Shown piece by piece: positions 11,325 to 21,698 of a DNA stretch of 64,000 nt. The notes under the pieces are model-generated. The model was given only the letters and a program-made list of their open reading frames with translations. It was not told the origin of the DNA and did no database searches. The first letter of the stretch is position 1, and the number at the start of each line of letters is the position of its first letter. The stretch is taken from assembly GCA_016933535.1 (NCBI GenBank), contig JAFGAS010000086.1, forward strand, positions 74,392 through 138,391, read 5' to 3'. Source of the DNA: Candidatus Zymogenaceae bacterium. Lineage in GTDB: Bacteria > Desulfobacterota > Zymogenia > Zymogenales > Zymogenaceae. Both the position numbers and the translations under genes were made by a program.

Positions 11325-11435
11325 TCTCCGAGGCCTTACGGAGTACCGTACGAACGTCTTAACGATAACCGTTGACCAAACCCAGCGTCCTTCTCTTAAG
11401 GCACGTAAATTCAATCGGCCCGGATCAAATGGAAA

Positions 11436-11455
11436 CGGCCCCTTTCTTGGGGCCG
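11436..11455. terminator. GC hairpin between convergent genes (possible terminator)
   Basis: CGGCCCC-TTTCTT-GGGGCCG; no clear U-tract. Confidence 0.35.
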
Positions 11456-11485
11456 CCTGATATTGATTCTCTCCTCATCCGAAAC

Positions 11486-12706
11486 CTATCCCGTCAGCAC
11501 CTCCGGCGATACGATCCGAATTGTGCAGTCTCCCACCGGATAGGTCGAACACGAGTGGATGAACCCGTATTCTTTATCTACCCGGCGGCGCGCGTCGTTT
11601 TCCGGGTCGATAAATACCTCCCCAGAGATCAGCTCTGCCCGGCAGATCCCGCACTGGCCCGACCGGCAGCGGGAGTCCGCGGCGATCCCGGCGCGCTCCA
11701 GCGCCACGAGGATCGGCTCCTCGGCACGGGCGGGGACCGTCTTCTGACCCCGGTCCAGGTAAACGACCAGTGCATATTCCCTGCCCGTTGCCTTCTTTGG
11801 GAACGCGGGGTGCGCCCCGATGACGCGGTTGGGGCCCGATACCTCCCACCGAATCCTCCGCCGAGGGATGGTGAGCTTTTGGGCCTCGCTATTGAAAAAG
11901 GCGTAGAGGGCCTGCGGCCCGCAAACAAAAAAGCTCTTGTCGGAGATATCGCCGATTTCTTTTTTGATCAGCCCCTCGTCGATAAAACCCGTGGCGCATT
12001 TTTCGGTGCCGTCCGGCTCGCTCACCACGTAGCAGACCCTCAGTCGGTCGGGCGCGACTCCGGCCAACCGTATGAGCTCCTTTTCAAAAAGGGCCTCGTC
12101 CATCGTCCTGACACCGTAGAGTATCACGAGCCTCGCCTCCATGTCCCCGTGGATAATCTCCCGTGCCATGGAGAGAAACGGCGTGATGCCCGAGCCCCCG
12201 GCGATCGCCACGATATCTCCCGCGTCTCTCAGCGGCTCATGGTAGAATTCTCCGTGGGGGCCGGAGGCCGATACCCGCGTCGCCTTTTGCCAGGTCGAGA
12301 AGATATGCGGGGAAACCAATCCGTCGGACTGCCTCTTTACGGTGATCTCGTAGTATCCACCTGTCGCCAGCAGTGCCTCGTAGGGTGCCGACGAGATCGA
12401 GTAGGGACGACTCACACATGCCCCCCCCCACGTCCCCTTGATGGAGAGATATTGTCCCGCCCGAAACGGGGGCAGCCGATCGCCCTTGCCGCCCGTCGGC
12501 ACGAGCCGAAACGTCCGGCCGTCCGGGCCGTGCTCAAACACATCGGATACGACCAGATCCAAAGCCGGGGGATGAAGGATGGAAACCGTGCGTCTGACCG
12601 GGTCGTCGGTATCGATAAAAGGACGGGCCGCCGCCTTCTTTAAGGCACGTTGAGCCAGGGCCCTCACCGTCCCGACTGTACCTACAGTAAACTCAAAGAA
12701 ATTCAT
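11486..12706 (-). CDS. FAD/NAD(P)H-binding ferredoxin reductase with C-terminal 2Fe-2S domain (PDR/PaaE-type)
   Basis: FRAGQY, RPYSISS, GLVS, AGGSGITPF, FVCGP; CRSGQCGIC...C plant-type ferredoxin motif. Confidence 0.88.
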   Translation of the reverse strand: MNFFEFTVGTVGTVRALAQRALKKAAARPFIDTDDPVRRTVSILHPPALDLVVSDVFEHGPDGRTFRLVPTGGKGDRLPPFRAGQYLSIKGTWGGACVSRPYSISSAPYEALLATGGYYEITVKRQSDGLVSPHIFSTWQKATRVSASGPHGEFYHEPLRDAGDIVAIAGGSGITPFLSMAREIIHGDMEARLVILYGVRTMDEALFEKELIRLAGVAPDRLRVCYVVSEPDGTEKCATGFIDEGLIKKEIGDISDKSFFVCGPQALYAFFNSEAQKLTIPRRRIRWEVSGPNRVIGAHPAFPKKATGREYALVVYLDRGQKTVPARAEEPILVALERAGIAADSRCRSGQCGICRAELISGEVFIDPENDARRRVDKEYGFIHSCSTYPVGDCTIRIVSPEVLTG

Positions 12707-12721
12707 TACGGACAGTCCCCC

Positions 12722-14293
12722 TTATTCCGTGAATCGCGATTTTCTTTTCATCTTGCCCATTATCGTCAGCGCCGAGAGCCTTCCGGTGCTGATGGCCGCC
12801 GAGTAGCCCTGCACCAGCAGCCCGTGCCCGCCCACGAATTCGAGCCCCTTGATATACCCTTCCAGGGGCAGCGACAGCGCCCGGGGGATCACCGAATCCC
12901 ACACGTCGTGTTCGTAGCCGTAGACGACCCCCTTGTGGGATCCGGTATATCGGCAGAATGTCTGGGGGGCGGCCGACTCGATCTCTTCCATGTGGTCAAA
13001 AAGACTGGTGCCGATCGTTCGCTCGACGTGGCCAACCGCTGCGCGGGCAAACCGCCGTTTAGTCTCGAAATAGTCATCGGGCGAAACCTGTCCCCATACA
13101 TCGGCTCCATAGGACTGATTGAGGATCAGCTCGCACGTGCCCGGAGGCGATACCCCGGGCACGACGTGGTTGGGACAGAGGGCCGACGTGGCGATATGAG
13201 GAACCAGCATGTCCCCAATATCGTATGCCTTCTGCGTATCCATGTCCGGACCCAAGTAATATTCGTGGTGCGTCAGACCCAATTCATGGGCCGGACGGTC
13301 AAGCCCCATATAGACGACGAAAAGGCTGATGCCGTTCTTTCGGGCGGCGGTGAGTCTTTTAGCCGCCCGCGGCACCGCGTGAGCCGGATGGATGAGCCGT
13401 CCGTACACGGTGGTCGGCGATGCGTTGGAGATCACCCAATCGGCCCTGATGCGGCGTCCCCCGTTCGTTTGGACCCCAATGATTTTACCCCGGTCAACCA
13501 GGATCTTTTCGACCCGCGTGCTATAGTAGGTCCTGCCGCCCAGCTCCCTGATCTTTTTGTCCAGGGCCGTAGAAATCTGAAACGAATTGATCGGCGGGTA
13601 ATAGCATCCCCTGGTCAAAACGGAATTGATGGCGGTAGCCCAAATGGTAAAGGACATCCGGTCAAACGGGATGCCGATATAGGGCCAAAAAACGCCGAGG
13701 ATAGACACAGCCTTCGGGGGTATATGAAACCGATCCGTAACCTCCTTGGCGGTATAGCCCGCCGTGGCCAGGAGGCTCTTGTGGTTTTTCAGAAGAACCA
13801 TCGGATCGGGATTTCCGTCGGCCTCGGCGATGTAGTCGATGGCGCGCCCGATCTCAAGGCACAGGTTCATGTATTGCCTCAGCGCTTTGAAGCTGCCCGG
13901 GACCTCTGAGGCCACCACGTCGATGAATCCGTCCATGTCAAACGGAACGTCGACGTCTATTTCCTCATCAGAAAGGATCAGGTGATACCCCTGGTCCACC
14001 CGAATCATCGGGAGGCCCAGATTGAGCTCGTCCTCGAAGAATTTACGCACGAATCCCTTGTTCTCGGCAGGACCATAGTCCGTCAGGATATGCAGCGACG
14101 CCTCGAACTCAAATCGCCCCCGACGAAACGACGTGGCAAACCCCCCGGGCATGTTGTTCTGCTCCAGCAGCGTGACACCGACCCCTTCCCGGGCGAGCTT
14201 GGCCGCCGCCGACAACCCCCCCATGCCGGAGCCCATAACAACAACATCGGTGGACTCATCGAACGAAGAATGAGAAACTCCATCGTGATTCAC
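12722..14293 (-). CDS. Phytoene desaturase / retinol-saturase family FAD oxidoreductase
   Basis: DVVVMGSGMGGL Rossmann motif, LEQNNMPGGFATSFRRGRFEFEASLH, PQTFCRYT...GVVYG, GLEFVG. Confidence 0.82.
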   Translation of the reverse strand: MNHDGVSHSSFDESTDVVVMGSGMGGLSAAAKLAREGVGVTLLEQNNMPGGFATSFRRGRFEFEASLHILTDYGPAENKGFVRKFFEDELNLGLPMIRVDQGYHLILSDEEIDVDVPFDMDGFIDVVASEVPGSFKALRQYMNLCLEIGRAIDYIAEADGNPDPMVLLKNHKSLLATAGYTAKEVTDRFHIPPKAVSILGVFWPYIGIPFDRMSFTIWATAINSVLTRGCYYPPINSFQISTALDKKIRELGGRTYYSTRVEKILVDRGKIIGVQTNGGRRIRADWVISNASPTTVYGRLIHPAHAVPRAAKRLTAARKNGISLFVVYMGLDRPAHELGLTHHEYYLGPDMDTQKAYDIGDMLVPHIATSALCPNHVVPGVSPPGTCELILNQSYGADVWGQVSPDDYFETKRRFARAAVGHVERTIGTSLFDHMEEIESAAPQTFCRYTGSHKGVVYGYEHDVWDSVIPRALSLPLEGYIKGLEFVGGHGLLVQGYSAAISTGRLSALTIMGKMKRKSRFTE

Positions 14294-14362
14294 CGGATAC
14301 TCCCTGTTAGATAATTGATGGTGGAAGATCGATGTGCCTTTTGCGAGGGTCGGGTTTCTCTG

Positions 14363-15181
14363 TCACCGTCGGAAGATATTCCTGAGTGTTCGGTTCGTCT
14401 TGTCTTTCAGGACATTCCCCGTGCTCTTCAATTTTTCGACGGCAGTTTCGCCCTTATCCTGAAGATACTCCAGGCGGCGCTCCAATATCTTCTTTGTGCG
14501 TTTTCCCTTAAAATCCAGGTTGCGCAGTATCTTTACCCTGTTATCGTCCACCCACCGGGCGGGCCTTTCGGGGAGCCTGCCCGCGATGAGCCGGATACCT
14601 TCCCCTTTTGCAACGAGGATGGGCGCAAGTCCCTTCCTGACGATATCCTTGGGCCTGAGCTCGACGCTTCCGTCCGAACAGAGGACATCCGTCTCTCCGG
14701 CCCCCTTATCATGAGAGACGACAAAATCCGTACCACGTACTCCCACCGTTGCATTTTCCGTTTCGATAATAAATGCCGACTCCGTGTTGAGAAAAGGCGC
14801 CACGACGGCGCGTATCTTCCCGTAGGCGAGGTTCAGGACGTTTGACGACCTTTTCGTTACCTCGATGTATCCCGCCTCTCTGACGACAACGCGGCTTTCC
14901 GGCCCAATCTTTACAACGCTTTCATCCGGAAGCACAAGCTCCACCGATCCATCCTTGCCGGTATCTATTCTATCACCCGCCCCAACGATTCCTTCTGACG
15001 TGAGGGCTACCGACGCATTCCGTCCGGCCGGCGTAAGGACGGCCTCGCCTTGGACGTATGCTACCGTAACGGCTGTCGAGGTCTCCTCTATCCCGAAGCC
15101 AATTCCGACAATCGTAAGCGGTAGCAGAATGGAACAGGTGATGGCCGCCAAGGAGATTGGGATAATTCGCATTGGTTTCAC
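14363..15181 (-). CDS. FecR-domain exported protein
   Basis: N-terminal hydrophobic segment; GDRIDTGKDGSVELVLPDESVVKIGPES and ATVGVRGTDF. Confidence 0.8.
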   Translation of the reverse strand: MKPMRIIPISLAAITCSILLPLTIVGIGFGIEETSTAVTVAYVQGEAVLTPAGRNASVALTSEGIVGAGDRIDTGKDGSVELVLPDESVVKIGPESRVVVREAGYIEVTKRSSNVLNLAYGKIRAVVAPFLNTESAFIIETENATVGVRGTDFVVSHDKGAGETDVLCSDGSVELRPKDIVRKGLAPILVAKGEGIRLIAGRLPERPARWVDDNRVKILRNLDFKGKRTKKILERRLEYLQDKGETAVEKLKSTGNVLKDKTNRTLRNIFRR

Positions 15182-15364
15182 GACATTACTCCGACGAGAA
15201 TAACCGAATCAGAGTATATCACAGGAAAAAACGCTTTTTCCATAAATTTCTGTAATAATTGACAGGATCTTTTTCCCCCGGTACCTAACAATCCATGCTC
15301 GTTGCTTTTTTTTTGCTGAACGGCTATAATTCCAAAAGTATTTACTTTGAGGCCCCGCACCGTT

Positions 15365-17179
15365 ATGACCAACACCGAGTTGACCAAAAAGCTCGAAAAT
15401 CTTCCCAACGCCCCCGGCGTCTATCTTATGAAAAATCGGGCTGGAAAGGTGATCTATGTCGGAAAGGCGGTCGAGCTCAAGAAACGTGTGGGCTCGTATT
15501 TCGCCGACGTCCCAAAAGACCCGAAGACAACCCTCCTCGTTAAGGAAATCGTCGATATCGACATCATCGTTACCGACACCGAGGTGGAGGCCCTCCTCAC
15601 CGAGAACACCCTCATCAAAGAATACCGTCCAAAATTCAACGTGAACTTGAAGGACGACAAGAACTACCTGTCGCTCCGGATCGATCCCACCGACGAATTT
15701 CCTCATTTTACGCTGGTTCGCTCGACAAAGCGGGACGGCGCCCTTTACTTCGGCCCCTTCACCGACACCGGGGCCGTCCGGCAGAGCTACAAGTGGCTCT
15801 CCGCCACGTTCGGGATCAGACGGTGCAGTGATCACAAGTTCGCTAACAGAAGCCGGCCCTGCATCTATTATGAGATCGGCCAATGCTCCGCCCCCTGTGT
15901 GGAATATATCTCCCGGGATGACTATCACAAGAACCTCGATCAGGCCATCATGTTCCTCAGGGGAAGAGATGAGGCCCTCATCGGGGACCTTACCGACCGG
16001 ATGGCCTCCCTTTCGGACGAGATGCGTTTTGAAGAGGCCGCAATCCTTCGCGACAGGATTTCCTCCATCAATAAGATGGTAGCCGTCCAGAAGGTCGTCA
16101 GCGCCGACGATATCGATCGGGACATCATCGGGCTATCCCGTGAGGGGACAAGCCTGGGCATATCGGTTCTCTTTGTACGCGGCGGCAGGCTCATGGGCGG
16201 CCGGTACCAGCTCTTCACCAACGTTCTGGACGAGGACCCCGCCGCCGTCCAAAGTTTCATCGAGCAATACTACCACGCCAAGGAATACGTCCCGCCCCAA
16301 ATCCTGCTTCCCGTTGATATTCCCGAAGCCGGCCTCGTCGGTCGGTGGCTCTCACGAGAGGCACCGGTCAAACTCTCCGTCCCGAAGCGCGGCGTCCTCA
16401 AAGACCTCGTGGTAATGGCCGCACGAAACGCCGAGTCCTCTTTCCAGGCGTACAAAAGGACCCGCGAGAGCCGGGATGAATCCCTGGCTTCTCTGGCCGC
16501 GCGGTTGGGGCTGGCCGCACCTCCACGGCGGATGGAGTGTTTTGACATATCCAACATATCGGGAACCAATGCCGTCGGTTCTATGGCCGTTTTCATAGAC
16601 GGAGAGCCCCATACAAGAGAGTACCGCCGTTTCAGGATAAGGGGGATTACCGGCATAGATGACTATGCCATGATGAATGAGGTATTCGGTCGAAGGATGA
16701 AGTCACTGTCGACGGAAAACCGCCCCGACCTGCTACTCATCGACGGGGGGAAGGGACATCTGGCTATCGCCCATGCGGTGCTCAAAGACCTCGGAATCAC
16801 CGATATCCCGTTGTTTGCCATCGCCAAGGAAAAAGAAAACAAGTCTGAACTCGACCGGGTCTATCCGGTCGGGAGGAAAAACCCCCTTATCATCAAGGGA
16901 AATTCGTCGGCCCTTTTTCTGCTCATGCGGCTCCGGGACGAGGCGCATCGTTTTGCCGTGGAGTATCACAAGAAACTGCGTCAGAAGCGGGGAGTGGCGT
17001 CCGCCCTTGATGAGATACCGGGCATCGGACCGAAAAGGAAACGAGCCCTGCTGGCGCATTTCTCCCGCATATCGGACATTAAGGATGCCGATATCCGGGA
17101 ACTGACGCGGGTTTCCGGTATTACCGAACCGATTGCCAAAGCTATCTGTGAATATATCTCTTCGCGTATAAAGAAGTAG
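15365..17179 (+). CDS. uvrC: Excinuclease ABC subunit C
   Basis: PGVYLMK..VIYVGKA GIY-YIG domain, ECFDISN, LIDGGKG, RDEAHRFA, HhH IPGIGPKR. Confidence 0.97.
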   Translation: MTNTELTKKLENLPNAPGVYLMKNRAGKVIYVGKAVELKKRVGSYFADVPKDPKTTLLVKEIVDIDIIVTDTEVEALLTENTLIKEYRPKFNVNLKDDKNYLSLRIDPTDEFPHFTLVRSTKRDGALYFGPFTDTGAVRQSYKWLSATFGIRRCSDHKFANRSRPCIYYEIGQCSAPCVEYISRDDYHKNLDQAIMFLRGRDEALIGDLTDRMASLSDEMRFEEAAILRDRISSINKMVAVQKVVSADDIDRDIIGLSREGTSLGISVLFVRGGRLMGGRYQLFTNVLDEDPAAVQSFIEQYYHAKEYVPPQILLPVDIPEAGLVGRWLSREAPVKLSVPKRGVLKDLVVMAARNAESSFQAYKRTRESRDESLASLAARLGLAAPPRRMECFDISNISGTNAVGSMAVFIDGEPHTREYRRFRIRGITGIDDYAMMNEVFGRRMKSLSTENRPDLLLIDGGKGHLAIAHAVLKDLGITDIPLFAIAKEKENKSELDRVYPVGRKNPLIIKGNSSALFLLMRLRDEAHRFAVEYHKKLRQKRGVASALDEIPGIGPKRKRALLAHFSRISDIKDADIRELTRVSGITEPIAKAICEYISSRIKK

Positions 17180-17286
17180 GTTATAATTACCGGGCTACCC
17201 CGTTATTTTGATATTGATTTACACTATAAAGTGATCTATTATTCCCTACTACATTTTTATTCTGTATCATATGGAGGCTTTTATAT

Positions 17287-19179
17287 ATGACTACCACTAA
17301 TGTAACATTAAAGGATATCCTTGAGAACTCCGCCGCCCGGTTCGGCGATAAGGCCGCCCTCTTGAAAAAGTCCGCAAACCAATGGCAGGCCATTACATAC
17401 AATGAACTCCTGGGGATGGTCAAAGACTTCGGAACGAGCCTGATCAACATGGGAATGGCAAAGGGCGATCGGATCGCCCTGTTGACCCACAACTGCCCCG
17501 AATGGGTTATTTCATACTACGCGATTGTCACCAACAACGGAATTGCCGTGCCCATAGATAAGGAGCTTAAGCCCCAGGAGATTCGTCACATCCTTGAAGA
17601 CAGCGGAGCCAAGATCATTATTGTTACCAAGGAGTACCTGGGAAAAATCGAAGAGATATGCGAATCGATTCCCGATCTCAAGGATATCATTTTGATTACC
17701 GATACCTCAAGGGACATCTCCATGCCCAAAGACCTCAAAGAAGAGATGCGCGGCATAGAGAAGGCCTGGCTCACCATGGTCCGGAAGATCAAACAGGAGC
17801 ACGAATCGGAGATAAAGGAGATCGAGAAACTATGGCTCGGATTTGAAGAAAAGCTCAAGAGTCTCAAGGTAAAAAAAGACGGCCTCATTATCGAAAAACA
17901 GAATCAGTTCCTCGAGTTCTCCCAGGGCATCGCTTGCGCAACGACCGATGCCCCGGATGTCGTCTATTTCGACGACTTGTTCGGCAACAGGGACTTAATC
18001 GAGCGTACGATGAACTACGACGACGTCATCGCCGTCCTCTACACCTCGGGCACCACCGGCAAATCCAAAGGCGTTATGCTCACCAACAAGAACATCGTAA
18101 CCAACTTCATCGGCGTCAAACATCTCATGCAGTTGGACGATTCCATCCGGGTTCTCTCGGTGCTTCCCATCAACCACGTCTACGAATCGACCTGCGGCGT
18201 GCTGGCGCCGCTCTTTCTCGGCGGGACCGTGGCATTTGCCGAATCACTCCTCAAGGTCGCCCAGAACCTCAACGAGATCAAGCCCAATTTCTTCCTGGGC
18301 GTACCGGCACTCTATCAGGCTCTCTTCACACGCATGTCGGCCAAGATCAATTCAAGCATGGCCGGCCGGATTATGAACACAAATCCCGTTACCAGGACGC
18401 TGATCACCTCAAAAATTAGAAAGGAACTCGGCGGTAATATCAGCTTTATTTCCGGCGGGGCCTCCCTTGACCCGGCGCTCCAGAAGGGCCTGCGAAACCT
18501 GGGGCTCAACATCTACAACGGATACGGAATCACCGAGACCGCACCGCTGGTCGCCGTCAACAGCAAGGTCGGGGGGGACCGCCTCGGATCGGTCGGCAAG
18601 GTCATGCCGGACGTTGAGATTAAGATCGTCAACCCCAACGAAGACGGCATCGGCGAGATATGGATCAAGGGCCCTAACGTAATGAAGGGCTACTACAACA
18701 ATCCTGAGGCCACGGCCGAGGTGCTGACCGATGGTTGGTACCACTCCGGCGATCTTGGCTACATAGATAAGGACAATTTCCTGTTTGTCATGGGACGGGT
18801 GAAGAACCTCATTGTCACGGGTAACGGGAAGAACATATATCCCGAGGAGGTGGAGGCGGAGCTCGTCAGAAGCCCCTATATAGAAGAGGCGATGATCTAC
18901 GCCCATAAACCCGGAACGACCGACGAAGAGGTCCGCGCGGTGGTATATCTCAACCAGGACGCCCTTGACGTCTATGCCAAGGAACAGGACCTCAAGGAGC
19001 TCTCAAAAAAGGACGTATATAGTCTCATCCGTGCGGAAATCAAGAAATTCAGCGCCAACCTTGCCGACTACAAGCGGGTCAGGGAGTTTATGATCAGGGA
19101 CGAAGAGTTCCCCAAAACCTCCACCCGAAAAATCAAGCGCTACGCTGTGGACGAGGTAATTTCCGTCAATCATAATTAG
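17287..19179 (+). CDS. Long-chain fatty acid--CoA ligase (AMP-binding)
   Basis: YTSGTTGKSKGVML, GYGITET, GWYHSGDLG, GRVKNLIV..GKNIYPEE; GGAGG SD. Confidence 0.9.
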   Translation: MTTTNVTLKDILENSAARFGDKAALLKKSANQWQAITYNELLGMVKDFGTSLINMGMAKGDRIALLTHNCPEWVISYYAIVTNNGIAVPIDKELKPQEIRHILEDSGAKIIIVTKEYLGKIEEICESIPDLKDIILITDTSRDISMPKDLKEEMRGIEKAWLTMVRKIKQEHESEIKEIEKLWLGFEEKLKSLKVKKDGLIIEKQNQFLEFSQGIACATTDAPDVVYFDDLFGNRDLIERTMNYDDVIAVLYTSGTTGKSKGVMLTNKNIVTNFIGVKHLMQLDDSIRVLSVLPINHVYESTCGVLAPLFLGGTVAFAESLLKVAQNLNEIKPNFFLGVPALYQALFTRMSAKINSSMAGRIMNTNPVTRTLITSKIRKELGGNISFISGGASLDPALQKGLRNLGLNIYNGYGITETAPLVAVNSKVGGDRLGSVGKVMPDVEIKIVNPNEDGIGEIWIKGPNVMKGYYNNPEATAEVLTDGWYHSGDLGYIDKDNFLFVMGRVKNLIVTGNGKNIYPEEVEAELVRSPYIEEAMIYAHKPGTTDEEVRAVVYLNQDALDVYAKEQDLKELSKKDVYSLIRAEIKKFSANLADYKRVREFMIRDEEFPKTSTRKIKRYAVDEVISVNHN

Positions 19180-21633
19180 ATGCGACACCCCCTCCCCCTC
19201 ATCACCCTGGCCCTCATGGCGGGGATCGGGCTGGGGGTGTACCTGCATATACCGGTCGAGATTCCCCTTCTCCTGGCGCTGGTATCATTGATCCTCGTTC
19301 TTGCCTTCGGGAACGCGCGTTTTTTCTTCCCTATCTCCATTGCCCTCTTCTTCTTTCTCGGGACGGCACTCGTCACATCCGCGCTTCAACCTGGGAATGA
19401 CGCCGATTCCATCTCGGACTATTCCTCCAGAAAGAACCTCGCTATCTCCGGGACGGTTGCCCGGGCCCCTCGAATAGAGACGGACGCCACCAGAATCGTC
19501 CTTTCCGACCTGATGGTCAAGGCCCGGGGCGCGTGGCGTCCCGTGGGGGGAAAGCTGCAGCTTACGGTCGGCGAGCGGATATCCAACGTATCGTACGGTG
19601 ATACACTTTTTTTTGTCGGCACCGTCAAAAAGCCGAGGAACTTCAATAATCCCGGCGGATTTGACTATGAGTTTTCCCTTTTACGCGCCGGGATATCGGC
19701 GACCTCCTTCGTTGACGGGACAAGCCGCCTTCTCATCAGGAATGTAAAGCCATCCTCTCCGATGGGCCTCATAGAGCGCACCAGGGACACCGTTCGGGAC
19801 TTCTACGATGTCCGTTTTCCCACCCCTGAGGGAGCTATCATCAAGGCGCTTGTCCTCGGGGAGCGGGGCGACGTTCCCGAAGAGCTCCTTTCCGCGTACT
19901 ATCGCACGGGGGTCGGCCATGTGCTGGCCATATCGGGGTCCAACGTTGGGATCGTCTTTATCTTTACCTACCTCTTCTTCTATGCCGTCCTCGTACGGTT
20001 AGGGCCCTTTCCCCTCAGACATTTGGTCAGAAAATGGGCCTCGGTTGTCTCTTTTGCGCCCGTGATCGTCTACACGTTCCTGGCGGGCGTTGAGATCACC
20101 GTCGTTCGGGCGACCCTGATGATATCGGTCTTTATCCTGGCCGTCCTCATCGAGAGGGAACAACAGGTCTTCAATACCCTGGTCCTGGCCGCCTTCGTTA
20201 TTCTCATGCTCCTGCCCGCCTCGCTGTTTGATCCCTCTTTTCAGCTCTCGTTTATTGCAGTTGCCTCGATCATTGTCATTTACCCTCCCCTCGTTGAACC
20301 GCTCAAAAAACGCTTCTTCCCCATCGATGGGGTAAGTCCGCCCCTTTCCAATCGGCTCACCTTTCGTCTGCTCCAGTTTACTCTTGTCTCCTGTGCGGCA
20401 ATCATCGGGATACTTCCCGTCTCGGCCTACTATTTCCATCGGGTAACCCCGTTAGCCCTCCCGCTCAACTTTGTCGTCGTGCCGCTTCTGGGTCCCGTGG
20501 CAACGACGCTCGGGCTTCTCTCCGTCCCATTTATCGCGGCGGCCCCGCCGATAGCCTCGTTCTTGGGCCTTTTGGCCGCGTGGGCGATATCTCTCTCCGA
20601 TACTGCCGTTGTCTGGACGGACGCCCTGTTGCCAAATGGGATTGTTGTATTCGGCCCGACGATATTCGAGATGATCCTCTACTATGGATTGATCTTCTCG
20701 GTATTTCTCTATTTCAAGAAAAGGCGATTGGCCGTAATCCTGGCCGTTCTGTTGTCGTTGACCGCCCTGGCGGATGTTTCTTTTACGGCGTGGCATCGGT
20801 ACCACCCGAAAAGACTCGAGGCGACGTTTCTTTCCGTCGGCAACGGTGACTCATGCGTTATAAAGCTGCCCGGCGGCGACATTATGGTTGTCGACGGCGG
20901 GGGACTCCCCGGGAGCAGCTTTGACACCGGCCGATATATCGTAGCGCCTTTCCTTTCCAGAGAAAGAATCGGCCGCATCGACTATATGGTGCTGTCCCAT
21001 CCCCAGAGAGACCATGTGGGCGGACTTATTTACCTTATGAACAATTTCCGGGTCGGGGAGCTTTGGGTCACCAGCGACGCCTTCCTTGCCGAAGAAGCCG
21101 TCCCGCTCATTGTGTCGGCGTTATCTCTTGGAACGCCTGTCATTACAATTGATTCTTCGACTCCGCGGCGAACGATCGGGACGACAATCATTCGCTTTCT
21201 CGGTCCGGGTCTCCCGTCGGCCGGCGAACCCCGCGATTTAAATAACCGGTCCCTCGTCTTTCGTCTTGACTACGGCCGCTTTTCCCTTCTCATGACCGGT
21301 GACATTGAGCGCGAAGGTTTCGCCCGCATTCAGGCCGACCGATTGGATGTCTCGGCCGTGGTTCTCAAGGCACCCCATCACGGATCGCCGTCGTCAAATT
21401 CACTTACCTTTCTTGAGGCGGTAAATCCCCGGGCGGCCATTATATCCTGCGGCTACGAGAATCCCTTCGGGTTTCCGGGAAAGAAATCGCTGACGGGTCT
21501 TCGGGAGGTCGGCGCCGACGTCTTCAGGACAGACCTCGACGGAGCGGTAACGGTAACCACCGACGGCGGATATATCGAAATAGAATCAATGGGGGGCAGG
21601 CGGTTATATGAATATATCCCCGGTGAACCGTAA
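19180..21633 (+). CDS. comEC: DNA uptake competence protein ComEC/Rec2
   Basis: OB-fold region with NPGGFDY, competence domain HVLAISG, SFQLSF, metallo-beta-lactamase domain VGNGD, SHPQRDH, KAPHHGS, RTDLDG. Confidence 0.92.
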   Translation: MRHPLPLITLALMAGIGLGVYLHIPVEIPLLLALVSLILVLAFGNARFFFPISIALFFFLGTALVTSALQPGNDADSISDYSSRKNLAISGTVARAPRIETDATRIVLSDLMVKARGAWRPVGGKLQLTVGERISNVSYGDTLFFVGTVKKPRNFNNPGGFDYEFSLLRAGISATSFVDGTSRLLIRNVKPSSPMGLIERTRDTVRDFYDVRFPTPEGAIIKALVLGERGDVPEELLSAYYRTGVGHVLAISGSNVGIVFIFTYLFFYAVLVRLGPFPLRHLVRKWASVVSFAPVIVYTFLAGVEITVVRATLMISVFILAVLIEREQQVFNTLVLAAFVILMLLPASLFDPSFQLSFIAVASIIVIYPPLVEPLKKRFFPIDGVSPPLSNRLTFRLLQFTLVSCAAIIGILPVSAYYFHRVTPLALPLNFVVVPLLGPVATTLGLLSVPFIAAAPPIASFLGLLAAWAISLSDTAVVWTDALLPNGIVVFGPTIFEMILYYGLIFSVFLYFKKRRLAVILAVLLSLTALADVSFTAWHRYHPKRLEATFLSVGNGDSCVIKLPGGDIMVVDGGGLPGSSFDTGRYIVAPFLSRERIGRIDYMVLSHPQRDHVGGLIYLMNNFRVGELWVTSDAFLAEEAVPLIVSALSLGTPVITIDSSTPRRTIGTTIIRFLGPGLPSAGEPRDLNNRSLVFRLDYGRFSLLMTGDIEREGFARIQADRLDVSAVVLKAPHHGSPSSNSLTFLEAVNPRAAIISCGYENPFGFPGKKSLTGLREVGADVFRTDLDGAVTVTTDGGYIEIESMGGRRLYEYIPGEP

Positions 21634-21698
21634 AACCGAGCTACAATTTCTCGCCGATAGACGGCCGGCCGATACACCCTCACCCCGGATCATCGGGA

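Noticed and set aside
11372-13909. Long plus-strand ORFs (423 and 419 aa)
   Set aside because: Antisense shadows of the reductase and desaturase genes in high-GC DNA; no motifs.
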